Assembly (NCBI GenBank): GCA_028534125.1
Contig: CM052816.1
Span: 80,540,001-80,604,000, forward strand
Length of the DNA: 64,000 nucleotides
Origin: Lama glama
Lineage: Eukaryota
Reading direction: 5' to 3'
Of this stretch, positions 36,976-49,724 are shown in pieces. Numbering within the stretch: the stretch's first letter is position 1; each line of letters starts with the position of its first letter. The notes under the pieces are model-generated. The model had not been told where the DNA came from and made no database searches. It worked only from the letters and a program-made list of their open reading frames with translations. Both the position numbers and the translations under genes were made by a program.

Positions 36976-37823
36976 ATGTTAGATGAACTTTCCCCCGGCC
37001 TCCGAGGGCAGGGCGCAGGGGCTGTTCTGGTACTTAGGCTTCTTCACTCATTTGGGGGCTTTCATCGCAGTGGCCAATGAGAAAGCCTCTGCCTCTCTTT
37101 CTCCCCTTGGATCATGTCCAAGTCTGCTCTGGATCTTCCTATCTCTAGTGTTACTACTGTAAAACTAGGGCGGTACAAGCTGAATTGTCAGACTCAGCAA
37201 TGTTGCAAAAGAATTCAAAGTGAAGGAATCGAGAGAACACAGCCTCCCCTCCCTAGGCTTCCCTGTCATGCTTTGTCTCCACTTCACTTGTTCACTTGCT
37301 CCTTCCCACCCTCCACCCGCCAGGAGATAGTCTGGAAAGAGGTCCAGCAACAGACTGAGTCATGTGCCATCAGCCTTGTTAGCAATGTTTGTGTTACCAA
37401 CTTCTTTCTTTTCCTCCTTCAGTATAGATAACCAAGGGCAACTTTTAGAAATCACAGGAATCTTTTGTTCGTTTCAAAATGTATGACATTTTGAAAACCC
37501 TAAACCTCTGTATCTGTCCACGTCAAAGGTGCCATCTGGCAGCCATCGAAAGTGGCGTTAGTAAGAGTCAGCTCTGCTATTCCCACCGCTGCCTCCTGGG
37601 TTTCCAGATGTCCTGCCCCGACTGCCCAGGAGGGCTGGGCTCACTGAGAAACAAAAGCAATTGAAGCAGGAAGTAAGTTGTTGAAAAAGATTTCCCTGAG
37701 GAGCAGTTGTGAGGAAAATGAAGTCATCGGGACTGTAGTTAACGAGTACTTTTTAGATTTTGCATCCCTTTTGTTCTCTCTCTCTCCCCCACCTTTTTTT
37801 TTTTTTTAACAAAGTACAGGTTT

Positions 37824-38278
37824 TGTTACTGAGTCCAAACTCATTCTGCTCACTGCATGACAGGCCAATAAATCGAGAGATGAGGTGTTGGGGCAAGGAA
37901 TAACGACTTTATTCAGAAAGCCAGCAGACCCAGAAGATGGGGGACTAGTGTCCAGAAGAACCATCTTACCCAAGTCAGAATTCAAGCTCCTTTGATGCTA
38001 AAAAGGGGTCAGAGGCATAGTTTGTTGGTGCAAAATTCTTGGTGTCAAAATCCTTTGTTCTTGCAGCTGTCCACTAGCTCAGGCCCTGATGTTCTGTAAA
38101 CCTCCGACAGGACAAATGTTATTCTCTGTTCTGCAACGTTTTATCTCTACATGAATAGAAAAGTGTAAAACCCTATCCCATATATTTCAGGCTATGGGCA
38201 ACAGTCTTTTACAAACATGCAGAACCAGCATAAAGGAGCAGACCTAATATGGGGAGCAATTTGTTCTTCCCTATTACA
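37824..38278 (-). mobile_element. ERV solo LTR (class I-like)
   Basis: TG...CA termini, 455 bp, perfect 4-bp TSD GTTT (37820-37823 and 38279-38282), minus-strand AATAAA near 37910. Confidence 0.8.
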
Positions 38279-39619
38279 GTTTAAGCTTTAAGCTTTAAGC
38301 TTAAATCGTTTGTCCCAGGACACCAAGGAGTGAAACTCAGCCGGTCCTGACCGGGCAGGGCCATCCACCCTGGCCTTCATCTTCTATTTCAACATGGGCC
38401 AAACCCTTTGCATGACTTGTGCAGTATTTCAGAGCATAGGAAATACAATATAAATGGCTGATTTGTGCAGTAATCATAAGGATACATCCACAGTTAGGTG
38501 GGAAATGAAACAGCCTTACCAAATGTGAATCGGGCATTTGGTTTTGATACAGCCTGATCCTCCAGCAGCACCTCTGCCGACTTGGGCAAATGTTATTCTG
38601 GTTATTAAACCTCAACAGGACCTATCCTAGTACCCGTGTGCCTTCCTGAATCTCAGCCGCACTGTCTATTCGAGTGACAGTCAGTGCTCTTAATTCTGGC
38701 AGAGAAGAGTGACAGTATATCTACCTCCATACTCTCCAACGTAGAGAATGAAATGCTAATATTCACATAGGACACTCACTGCTAAATATAAACATAGAAG
38801 ACTGCCTGAAACACTTGAGTCATTCAGTGATGTATTTTTATTTCCTTTAAGATAAAATTTCTGTATTGTAAAATTAAGCTAAATGATTTACTGAAAAATT
38901 AGAAATAGAAGCAGTCACTCCCCTAACACATGCACTTTGGTTCTTTGCTTTATTGCCTTTTAGTATTCTTTTTTCTAATCATAGATGTACATAGTTGTGC
39001 GCATATGGATGTATTTCTTTACATATACACACAGGTTTTCACTTCACAGCATAAGGTGGGTACCTTTCCATGTGTTATTCAGTCTTAATGGCTATCATTT
39101 TTGTGGATACCTTGTATTGCACTGGCAAGAAAAAACAAAACTCCCTCAGCCAATTCCTTATTCATCATCATCCTCTAATAAGCATCTTTGGACCCATGTA
39201 AGGAATGATCTCATTAGTATTAATCTGTAGATGATTCCATTCTAGGTTCGAAGAGTAAAAATATTACAATGCCAAGAAACTTACTACCAAATTGATTCTC
39301 ATAGTAAAAGGGTTACAAACAGGTGGTGGTAGCATTTTATCTTATTCGATTTATTACTGTGCGATTTTAGTTTTGTACTTTTTTACTGAAAAATATTTCA
39401 AATATCCCAGCAAAACAGAATGCAACAAACTCCTGCACATCAACACCTCAGCTTCATCAGATCTTGTAATTATGTCGTATTTGTTTCAGTCTCCTTTTCT
39501 AAGAAAAAAAAATTGCAGATACACTTGGGGAGCACTCCCGAACTCCACTCCCTTTCCTTCCTCCCCAGCCCCCAGAGTTAACTAGGGTCAAAATTTTATG
39601 TCTGTGTGGGAGAAACACC

Positions 39620-39970
39620 AGAGGGAAGGAGAAGAGAGAGAAGACCTTGGCAGCGATTGAGGGAAGTACTAACAGTGGCTTGAACTAAAATTAAGGTGGC
39701 ACAGGTGGGAAAATGATACAAATGTGGCGCTATCTAGGAGGTGGAGTAGACTGGACTTGGTGGTTGATTCGGTTTATCTGTTGGTGGAGAGAGGTTTGAG
39801 CGGGAGGGAAGGTTGAGGGTAACACCCAAGGTTCTTTGCACAACTGGCTAATGGTGGTATCACTTACTGAGACAGGGAGTATGTCACAGGAAACAGGTCT
39901 AAAGAGGAGTTTATGATTATGTTATGTTCAGTTAAAGCACCTGTGAGATTTCCAGGTGAAATGCCCAAAG
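39620..39970 (-). mobile_element. Degenerate L2 fragment
   Basis: atctaggaggtggagtagactggacttggtggttgatt ... atggtggtatcacttactgagacaggg. Confidence 0.6.
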
Positions 39971-40015
39971 GCAAAGGCGGTAACATGTTTATTTTACAAA
40001 GTATATCAGGTTGCC

Positions 40016-40374
40016 TGTCTTAGTTTGGGCTGCTGTAACGAAATACCATAGACGGGGTGGCTTAAACAATAAACGTTTATTTCTCACAGTTTTGGAGGCT
40101 GGGAAGTCCTAGTTCGAGGTGCTGGCAGATTCAGTTCTTAGTGAGAATCTTCTTCTGGCTTGTAGATGGCTACCTTCTCCCCGCATCCTCACATGGTAGG
40201 GAGAGCACGACCTCTCTTGTCCCTTCTTCTTCTTATAAAGGCATTAATTCTGCCATGAGGGTCTTACCCTCATGAACTAATCCCTCCCAGAGGCCCCACT
40301 TCCAAATACCGTCACATAGGGGTTAAAGCTTCAACATAGGAATTTTAGGGGATGTGGACATTCAGTCCATAGTA
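40016..40374 (-). mobile_element. MLT1A-type MaLR solo LTR
   Basis: TGTCTTAGTTTGGGCTGCTGTAACGAAATACCATAGAC ... ACATTCAGTCCATAGTA; near-TSD TTGCC / CTGCC. Confidence 0.85.
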
Positions 40375-43300
40375 CTGCCCTCTGAAATTTATTTTACCCC
40401 AAGTGAATTCTGTTATAATTATTTTGTTGCCTTTCTTGGCATTATATTTCTTAAGGGACTTTGGAATTATAATTTACAGGCTTGATTTGAGTATTACCTC
40501 CTTTTAGTTTCTTTTTATTTTTCGCTTTCCTATCCATTTCCTCAATTTTTCTCTCTGTGTCCACACAACTCTTTCTAGATTTTGCAGTTTTTTTCCTGAC
40601 CACACTGTGCGACCTCATTTCAGGACAGGACTTGTTAAAGTGGGTCAGAATTGCTGTCTCCTAGTGACATTGACAATTCATTAGGAATCATGACAGAGCC
40701 ATTAGGCAGCTTGGCTGAATGCCTAGTTGAGAAGCTAAGACTTTATTTTGCCACTTTCCTGGGCCTGAAATTCATCAAGAGTTAAGACTCTAAAAAGTTT
40801 GTGATGAAGGGGCTGGGGTCTCCTTCCCATCCTCGGACTTCACTGGAGCTGAGCACGTGGCCACCATCCACTAACAGCTTCTGGCCAAGAGCCTGGCAGA
40901 CCCTTCACTTAAGTGCTACTCACCCTTTGGCCAGGATGTTTCCCTACATTTGAACCTTGTGACTTTTTGCTTTTCCCTTTCTATAGAGTTATATTTTATC
41001 ATTTAATAACTTTTATATATTTATATTTTACAGATTACTGTTGTGCATTAGGAGCAAAGGTCTGCTTAAGCATAAATTCACTAAGATGTTATTTTTTTTA
41101 GTCGGACTGTTTAAACATTCTTATCATCTTTGTTCGAGAGCAGAAATCCATGTGAAAAATTGGCAGAGCAATATTATAAACGTAGCGAAGTGTCATCAAA
41201 GCCAGCCCACTTATTTCCCACAGCCACCTTTCAAAGGTAAAGAGGACTCAGAGGATACCTGCAACGGGCCTCTCTCGCTGCTAATGTTTGTTCTTCTGTC
41301 CTCTCCACCGTATTTGCTTTCACTCCTGGGATGTGACTTTGGGGTGACTCTGGGAGAGTTTAGCACTGCTGTCCCTCATGAAAAGTTGTAAGGCAATGGA
41401 CTAACAAGTCATGACAAGAGACTTGTTGAAGAAAACTGACCCAATTTACTCATCAAAAGATCAACCATAAACGTTCAACCAATGGATTATCTGTAAAGGA
41501 ACAGCTGCAGAAATGGCTTGACACAGATGTTGGTCTCAGTTGGAAGCTTTGAGACTCCTTACTAAACAAAAAATATTTTGTAGAAACCTCAAGATCTCTT
41601 TCATAAAAATGTACAGGCCACCATTTTGCCCCATTGCAACCCTAGTACTGCAGAAATCTATCAGTTGTTATACATTCTAACCAAAACTCCCCTGTATCCT
41701 GTAAAACTTTGAGCAATGACACTACTGTGAGACAGTGGGTCATCACTTCTGAACGTGACCTTTGCCAGTTGTGTGCTCTGTCTCTGTTGTGTTTTGGGTG
41801 TATAAGTACAACAATGGCCTGCACAAAAGGGAGAACATTTTCCCTTGCCCCACCCTGGACATTGCCCTGCTTGGCTGAATTCTCTCAGGAGTGTAGACAC
41901 TGTCCCTATTTTTAAGGAGCGCCATGTTCCGATAGGAAAAGGCACATATTAAAAACTGCAAAGACCATGCGAAGGTCCTGGAGATTGCATCAAGGAAATC
42001 AGAGATGAAAAGTTCAAGGGGCCAGAAAATATGAAGTACATGTTTAGTGGGACCTGAAATTGAAAGTTGATAGACTTAGCATGGACACAACTTAAGGAGA
42101 ATTACAGTTTACGTGCTAATATAAAACTTAACTTGTACTGTTTAACTTGTACTCAAAAGGTTATTTAGAAAAACATATTGTTCTTTGTCAGTATTTTAAA
42201 GACTGGGTATGCAGTGCTTTGAATCTCTTTCAGATGATGTGATTAAATATTCAGTGCTTGAGTATCTTTGATCCTAAGTTTAGATATAGCAGGAAATATT
42301 GCATTTTCTGACATGGGTCATTACAGTAAGGTAAGTCTTCAGTTGATTTCTCTATCCCCTTCCTAAACTGAATTTTTGAGTCAGGAAAATCTTAATATGA
42401 ACTAAAACAACCATATAACAGCCTCCCTCTAATTTACAGTCTCAATATTGAATTGAGAATATGATGAGCTTTGTCATTTTTTTGTTTTATTTTGTTTTGT
42501 CTTGTTTTCAGACATAAGAAACTTTACTTGTTCTTTGTATCAAGGCATAATTTCCACTGAAGATGACCAGGTTCAGGGGTGTATAAATATAATTCTTCAA
42601 AAACAAGAGCTCTTAACTGATCTTTCACTGCGAGTATCTAATAAGATTTACCAAATATTTACAGCTGCATGGTGACACTCTCATCGCTACATGGAGAAAG
42701 CAACTCAGAATCCTCTATAAATAACATTTTAAATTTGATTCTCATATATTTTAGAATGTGATTGATTTTCACTTAATGTCCTTTTCAAGAAAATACTTCT
42801 AGATAAGCAGCTAACTTAGAACTGGGCCAATGTGTTGACTGACATCCCTAATTAACTCAAATTTATTTTGGGGCTGTGTTCAGCGTGTAAGAGAGTCAGA
42901 AGGCAAGCCAAAGGAGAAGCCAGTATTATTTTTCTTCTTTAAATCCCAGGGACAGGTCAAGGTCATATAGATTCAGTCTAGTCTCTTACATGTTCTGCAT
43001 TTGCAGTGTTCTGTTGTGACCTCTACTCTTAAAAGGATTCTAACCCCCTCTACGAGGGGTATTATAATATCCTATGTCAGCGAAAGAGTCTGTTACTCCA
43101 GCAGTTGATTTACAGAGTTAATTAATGAGAACGTCACTCAAGATCGATAGTTTGAGTTTTTTACTACGTTGTCAGTCAGGGTGCCCTGCACACCTAGATG
43201 CAATACTTTGACTGCTTTCAAAGGTGTGGGTGGGGCTTGGGGAAACCACGAAAGGGGATTCATTACCTCTGTCCATTAATAGTGGAGGATGGGGGAAACC

Positions 43301-43594
43301 AGGCTACCAACCCTAGGCCTGAAGAAGTAAGACAAGGAGCGGTTATCCAGAGAGACAGCACCTCCATTCCCCAAATCCAGCCGGAAGCCACAGCAGTCCA
43401 TAGCATCAGCTTCCCAGGGTTCACGGCAGTTGCAGAATGAATCAGGAGTGACAAGCAGAAGAAGCGTTCACACAGGAGAGGGTGAAATGAAAAATCAATA
43501 AAATCAGTAGTGGATGGTCTGCTAGCGAGCCAAGCTGGACTGTAGCTCTGGGTCTTGACTGAAGAAAGGAGGAAAGCTAGCATCTTTTGAGTGC

Positions 43595-44113
43595 TGTTCC
43601 AGTTACTGCTGCTAGATAACAAGTCAACCTCAATTTAATGTAGTAAAACACCATCATTGTATTATGCTTATGGGTTCTACAGTTTGTAAACTTAGACAGG
43701 ATACAGTGGGGATGATATTTTTCAGCTCCACAATGTTTGGCACCTCAGCTAGGAAGACCTGGATGGCTGACAATGACTCAAATACCTGAGAGCTAAAGTC
43801 GTTCGGAAGCTTCTTCACTCAGATGACTGGCACCCGGGCTGGATGACTCACCGGGGACTGTCAGCTGGAGCACCTACGCCTGACTTCTCCAAGGGCATGG
43901 GCTTCTCACCCAGCTGGCGTGTCCTGAGAAAGACAGATCCAAAAGAATCTGATGGAAGCTGCGTGACCTTTTATGACCTAGCCTCTGAACTCACACAGCT
44001 TCATTTCTGCATTTGGTCCCAGGCCAGGGTAACCCCATGTCGGGATGGAGAGATGAGGGTGCCAGATGAGAAACAATTGTTGCAGCTGTCTTTGGAAAAT
44101 ACAGCTTGTCATA
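43595..44113 (-). mobile_element. MLT1 (F/G/H-like) MaLR LTR
   Basis: tgttccagttactgctgctagataac ... gaccttttatgacctagcctctgaactcacacagcttcatttctgc. Confidence 0.65.
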
Positions 44114-46723
44114 GTCAAGTTCACTGAGGCAATGTGAACTGTAATTTTGAAACATTCTGACAGCAGTTGCAACAAACTATTTTTGCAGTTAATGATAAAA
44201 TTATAGTAACCAGAATCCTCTTATTAGCCAAGGTTTCCAGTGATTAATCTTTATCTTCCCTTTGTAGATGACAGAGTTTAAAATGTGGAAGACACTCCTA
44301 GAAACCAACGAGCTCAGCATCCTGCCCTTAGTCCGAATATCATATCCTCATTTTCCTGTAGTAGCCAAGTGGTGGGTAAAAGGAAAAATAGAGCCTAGAA
44401 CCCAAGACCCTTGCATTTTGTTTATTTGTTTTATATACTTAACCAGAATTTGAGAAGGAATAAAATTATAGATTAAATTGTACCAAGTGAACTCACAAGC
44501 ACCAGAGTTGAGAAAGAAGTACCTGGCCAGGTATTGTGTTCCTGTAACGTGGGAGAAATCAATCTACTGGGTTGAGACCCCTTGTTGGAAGATGTGTGCT
44601 TAGCTTTGTAACTGTCAAGTAAGAAGTCAAGAGCTAGAAGAATAGATTAGTGGTCACCACAACCATTAATTCCAACAGAGATACTCTGACATGTTATTAA
44701 TTTTCCCCTGTACACTCCGGCTGTATCTGCCTGGCCCATCCATCCATTTGTCTGACAACTGGTCCAGTGGATTGACCCATGAAATGTTATTAACTCTCTG
44801 GCAGGGATTTTATGTGATGTTCTGTGCCCTTCTACTACTTCTGGAGGCAGGAGCACTAAGCATGCTTATTTTCTCTATTTACACACAGAAAGAAGCCTTT
44901 TTGGGGAGATTTCCCACCCTTTTATATGTTTTGACATCAAGAATTTGCCCAATTACTCAAAGTTTGCATGAAACTTCTAAGTAGCGAAGCTTTTTCTTTT
45001 TCTCTCTTCTACAATGGCAGATACATATCAGCTCTTCCGGCTTTAACCATTTCAGTCTCCACTCCACTCACATTGTCTGCCTCTATAGGTGTCTGTGTCT
45101 TTCCAGACAGTGACTTACTCATTGTGCCATGAAAGTTCCTTTACAATGTTGCTTCTGGCTGTTGGTAGTGTTTATTTATACGACAGAAGAAGAAGAACCC
45201 ATAGTCTATCAGCTGAGAAAACCAGAGTGGTTGACAGATTACCTATCCCTTCCAAAAGAATAAAATAGTGTTGATTTGACAAGAAAATATTGCTGATTCA
45301 TTTTAAAGGCTTCACTTACTGTTTTGAAACTCCCTCTGATACTTTTAAATGGGGAGATGCAATCTCTGGCATCTGAGTGTGCAAGTCAGCCTGGCAGATG
45401 GGGTTGGCATGAGTCCATGAGTCCTGGAGACGGGGCTGGCATGAGGCAGCGTGAGCTGGTGTGTGGTAGGGAATTGCCCCAGTCCTGGTCCTACCAGCCA
45501 CATGGTTGTGGGGAAGCCACTCCATGTCTTTGGTGCCAAAGTGAGGAGGTGACTAGTTTATCATTGGTTTACTCAAGGCGTTTCCAGCCCTGGGCTTCAC
45601 TAGTGAGCCCCCTGGAGACCTGGATGCCCTGAGAACTCAGGGTGCCCACGTCTCTGCAGGCTGATTGCTCTTTAGTCTCCTCACCGAGTATTTCATATTT
45701 CAATGGAAGCATCAGTTCTCTCAGGAGACATGATGCCTCCTTCCTCACTGCCCTTCCACCTTTCAATCCGGGACGTTCCGGCCACTCCTGTGTTCTCTTG
45801 CTAATGATGTCCGAGCCAGCAAAGCCAGTGGTCCTTTCTTTTCTTTGTGACTTCACTCAGTTTCCTCATCCGTCAGATAGTGATGATGGTGTTGACCTCA
45901 CTGGGTTGTTGTGAGGTTTCAGAGATTATATATCATAGCAGATAACAGGTAGTATGCAATATAGACACACACATTTATGTATGTGTGTATATTTGGGACA
46001 CATATATGTATACACACACACACACATACACACACACAATTTTGAACAGTGCCGTGGGCTAGGCAAGCACTACGTGTGTACACTATTACATATCCAGAGT
46101 CCAACCCAGCCCACAGAGGTGCTTTGTCTGCCTGTGGACCTGGCCACTGCCATGTGCCTCTTTCGCTCCCATTACCAACCCGGTTTCAGAAGGCTGTAGT
46201 AGTATCAGTCCTTGCTGTCAAAACCCTCTGCTTTAAAAACCATATCCTCTCGAACCTCACAACGTTATTTTGAATTTTATTCCTGTCTTTCAGAGTTTAT
46301 AGACTCCACCTAATATAAGACTCCGTACCTCCTCAATTCCTTTATTAAACTAATAATGTAACATTATTATTGTAACACCTGGTGATGATACCTGCTTTCA
46401 TTATTTAAATTTCACTTTGTTTTTTATTTGGCATATGTGTGTTAGGCTTGTCTCCACAGCGAGGCTGTAATCTATGTATTACACTATATATTAACCTACA
46501 TACATTGTCTGTAGTCCTTCCTAAGCAAGATCTCTTCCATCTATCACCTGCTGCAGTATGGGCACAGGTAATAAAAGGTCCCCACTCCTCATCCCTACTT
46601 TAAAAACCAAATACCTTATGGATAGCTTTCCTATCAGCTATAGGCATGACCAGTGGCCTCACCTGACACTGACCATGTGGGCTCTGGATTTAATACACGT
46701 GAACTTTTCTGTCTGGCCCCCAG

Positions 46724-46850
46724 GTATCCGCCGCCAGACTGCCCATTGCATGAAGAAGGGTCACGGGATGGTGAAAGCTACGTTCTGCGACCCAGAAACA
46801 CAGCCCAATGGGAGACAGAAAAAGTGCCATGAAAAGGATTGTCCACCCAG
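46724..46850 (+). CDS. ADAMTS12: ADAMTS12 internal exon, TSR2
   Basis: Acceptor tctggcccccAG, donor CAG|GTAACC; 127 nt, phase 1-2. Encodes (G)[41 protein letters not shown](R). Confidence 0.96.
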
Positions 46851-47269
46851 GTAACCACTGGTAACAGCTGGAGTTTGGGGTCTGATTTAACAGTAATCCA
46901 GGCTGAGAGATAGGGGAAGGCTGTGTGGCTTTGTTTTTGGAATAAATACAGGAAAGCTGTCACAGGTGTCTGCAGCTATGCTGTTGGAACCTATGACAAG
47001 CTGTGGGAGGAGAGACATTTTCTCCCCAGAGAGCAGTATTTCTTATGAAGCTGGTGTGTTCAGTGTTTAAATGTTCGGTCAGACTTAAGTCCCCAAGCAT
47101 TGTTGAAGAGAATGGTATGTAGATCGTCCAAAAATTCTTTAGCTAATGGGTTTACCTTTTCCAAAAGCACTTCACCAGTGTGACAGTAGCTTCTAGACAG
47201 CACGTTGACACCTTCAGATGGCAGTGTCCGTTGGCACTGAGGGCTGTCTGTAAGAATGGACTTGTGGGC

Positions 47270-47487
47270 CAGGCTGTCCCGACCTCCGCGCTGTTGACAC
47301 TTGGGGCTGGATAACCCTTTGTTGTGGGGGGCTGTCTGTGCACCGCAGGACGTTAGCAGCCTCCCTGGCCTGTATCTATTTAGACGTTATAGCACTCCTT
47401 CCCCATCCGGGATGTGACCACCATGAACGTCTCCAGACTTTGCCGGATGTCTCCTGGGGGCAAAATCACCCCTGGTTGAGAACACTG
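47270..47487. mobile_element. MER20 hAT-Charlie element
   Basis: ctgttgacacttggggctggataaccctttgttgtggggggctgtc ... gggggcaaaatcacccctggttgagaacactg; about 218 bp. Confidence 0.85.
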
Positions 47488-48262
47488 TAGTAGAGGTATT
47501 CATTTGCTCCTAATCATGTTGGTTCAGGATATTGAGATTCTAGAAGGTAGCCGGGATGTTATTATGAGGGGCTTACACTACAAAGGGGCTTACAAAAAAG
47601 AGAGAAAGAGGAGTGGGAAAAAGAAGGAAGAAAGAGAAACAAAGGGAGAGAAGGAAGGAGGGAGGAGGGAAAGGAACATTCCGTTCTGGGCAGTGTCTTC
47701 ATTCTCTTGCGACCTTAGACAGGGATGTATTTTGGATGCAGATTCCATCAGGTGTTCATTCCAGTCCCAAAAAGACATACTAAGAAGAGTTTAGTTTAAT
47801 AGGAGGGGACTAGTTGGCATAATAAATCTAACAAGTGACAGGCTGGACTTAAAGAAGAGCTTGGAGAATGGGATAAAGGCCAAAGAACTAGGCCAAAACA
47901 GAAGAGTCCAGACAAGTCCGTGAAGGCAAAGAGGCCGGTCGCAGAGGGCAGCAGCTCTCATCTCAAGAGTCAGAAGGCTGATTCTCTATCTGGTTCTGCA
48001 GTTTCTGCCAGGTGGGAGGTGGGCTGTGAGGTCCAGAGCTGGACCCACCTCTGTGGAGGCGGGACAGGGGTGCTGCTGTCCGTCACCTTGCTGTCACTCT
48101 GCCCTGGAACTGTTTTCCTGGAAAGAACTAGGGACTTGACGAGAGGTTTAGGCCCCACCAGATTCTGTGTGGAATTGCAGTTTCTATAAATTCTTTTCAG
48201 GAAAGAATGAGCCCCTAGAAAGAGGAAACTTCTTTTCTTTCTTTTCTTTCTTTTTTTTTCTC

Positions 48263-48430
48263 ACTGTATGGCATAGAGAATTATGCTCAATATCGTGATG
48301 TATTGTAATAATGGAATATAATCAGAAATATAATGGAATACAATCAGAAAAAAAATAACTGAATCACTATGCTGTACCCCCAGATCAACACAACACTGCA
48401 GATCGATCAACTATACTTCAATTTAAAAAA
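48263..48430 (+). mobile_element. Short L1 3' tail
   Basis: aactgaatcactatgctgtacc ... tcaactatacttcaatttaaaaaa; preceded by a T/C-rich tract. Confidence 0.7.
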
Positions 48431-49060
48431 CTAAAGACTCGAGAGTGGGTTTTAGCTGGTCCGCCTCCCTACCTCTAGTAGCACGTCCCCCCATAAAGAC
48501 AGCAGTAAAAGCCCTGCCCTTGTATCCGGGGTCTGTAGGGTCTGGATGCATCCATATTGAAACCTTGAAATGAGATGACTGACACTAACTTGTCCAATAG
48601 CAAATTAATAAACTCCACGCAACATTGCCTACATTTCTGCCCCTCCTCCCACCACTATCAGGGCCGACAGGAGGAAAGAGGACCCTTTCTTATCCATAGC
48701 CTTTTCTAGTTGAGAGCCTACCACTCTGCAGAGTTTACGTGCTTCCTTCATTCCTACTCTCCCTCAAAGTTACGACCCTCTGCCAGTAACTTCCTTTTGT
48801 GCTCCCTGGGCACGTGCCGGGGAGTCTCACCTCACTTTTCAAAGCCACTCTCCCTGGTGAGGGGCTACCTCCTTAAAGCCACAGCTGTTTATTTCCTGGA
48901 TCTAATTTTACCCCTGAGGTTCAAGTTCTCATTTTTATTGTTTTATGTAGTATGCCTGGGCCTTAATATTACCAGCAAGCATTTGTTAAGCATTTCATCG
49001 TTTCCCATGAGAGATACGATGGTGACAATAACCGTAGAGCAGTTATCATGTACTGAGCAC

Positions 49061-49135
49061 TGTGATGTTGTGATTTAATAAAAGATACATATCTGGTTTG
49101 GGTACCTGGTTCCAGGAAGAGGTCCTAAAACTCAA
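49061..49135. mobile_element. MER21-like LTR terminal fragment
   Basis: tgtgatgttgtgatttaataaaagatacatatctggt ... ctggttcc ... cctaaaac resembles the recalled MER21 start. Confidence 0.4.
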
Positions 49136-49724
49136 GGCTGGCTAGCTATAAGCCTGCAGCAGGTGTGCATACAGCAGGACCCCTCCAAGAAGCGTGCACC
49201 TCTTCCCTTATTCGGGCTGTGTCTAAAGCAGAGCAAGCCCTGTGCTAGGTGCATCAAGAAGTTTTGATGCAGGCACTCACCTGCTGAGGCCAGGGTAGAG
49301 CTGGGAATGTGAGCTGTGTATGTAAAATCACCATGGCCAGAGGAGATTGTGCATCTGTTATCAGCTCTCTGTTTCAGAACAGACATCAGTCTGTATCTGA
49401 CAGTTTCTTATTCACCTGTAGCTAAACATCTGTCTTCGTTCTTTTCAGAATTCAGTTCCGGTAAGGGTGATCATCTTTTCCTACCACTGCACTCTAATTA
49501 CTAGAACTTTCTAGTTGGAGTTGACCCTCTAGTAAGACACATCCGGTGCTAGGAGGCGAGCACTGGGACAGGAGTCCCGAGGCCAAAGGGCAGGGGATGC
49601 GCTGGAGGTGAAGCCTTGTAGACACAGAGGGGGAGCCTTGATAGGCGAATTCTTAAGTGATACAGGCTGACCTCTGGGGACTTGAAGTTGGCTCCGAATG
49701 TAGTCACATGATGGGCTGAAAACT

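Noticed and set aside
43033..43073. Small hairpin CCCCTC-TAC-GAGGGG
   Set aside because: A 6-bp stem is expected by chance.
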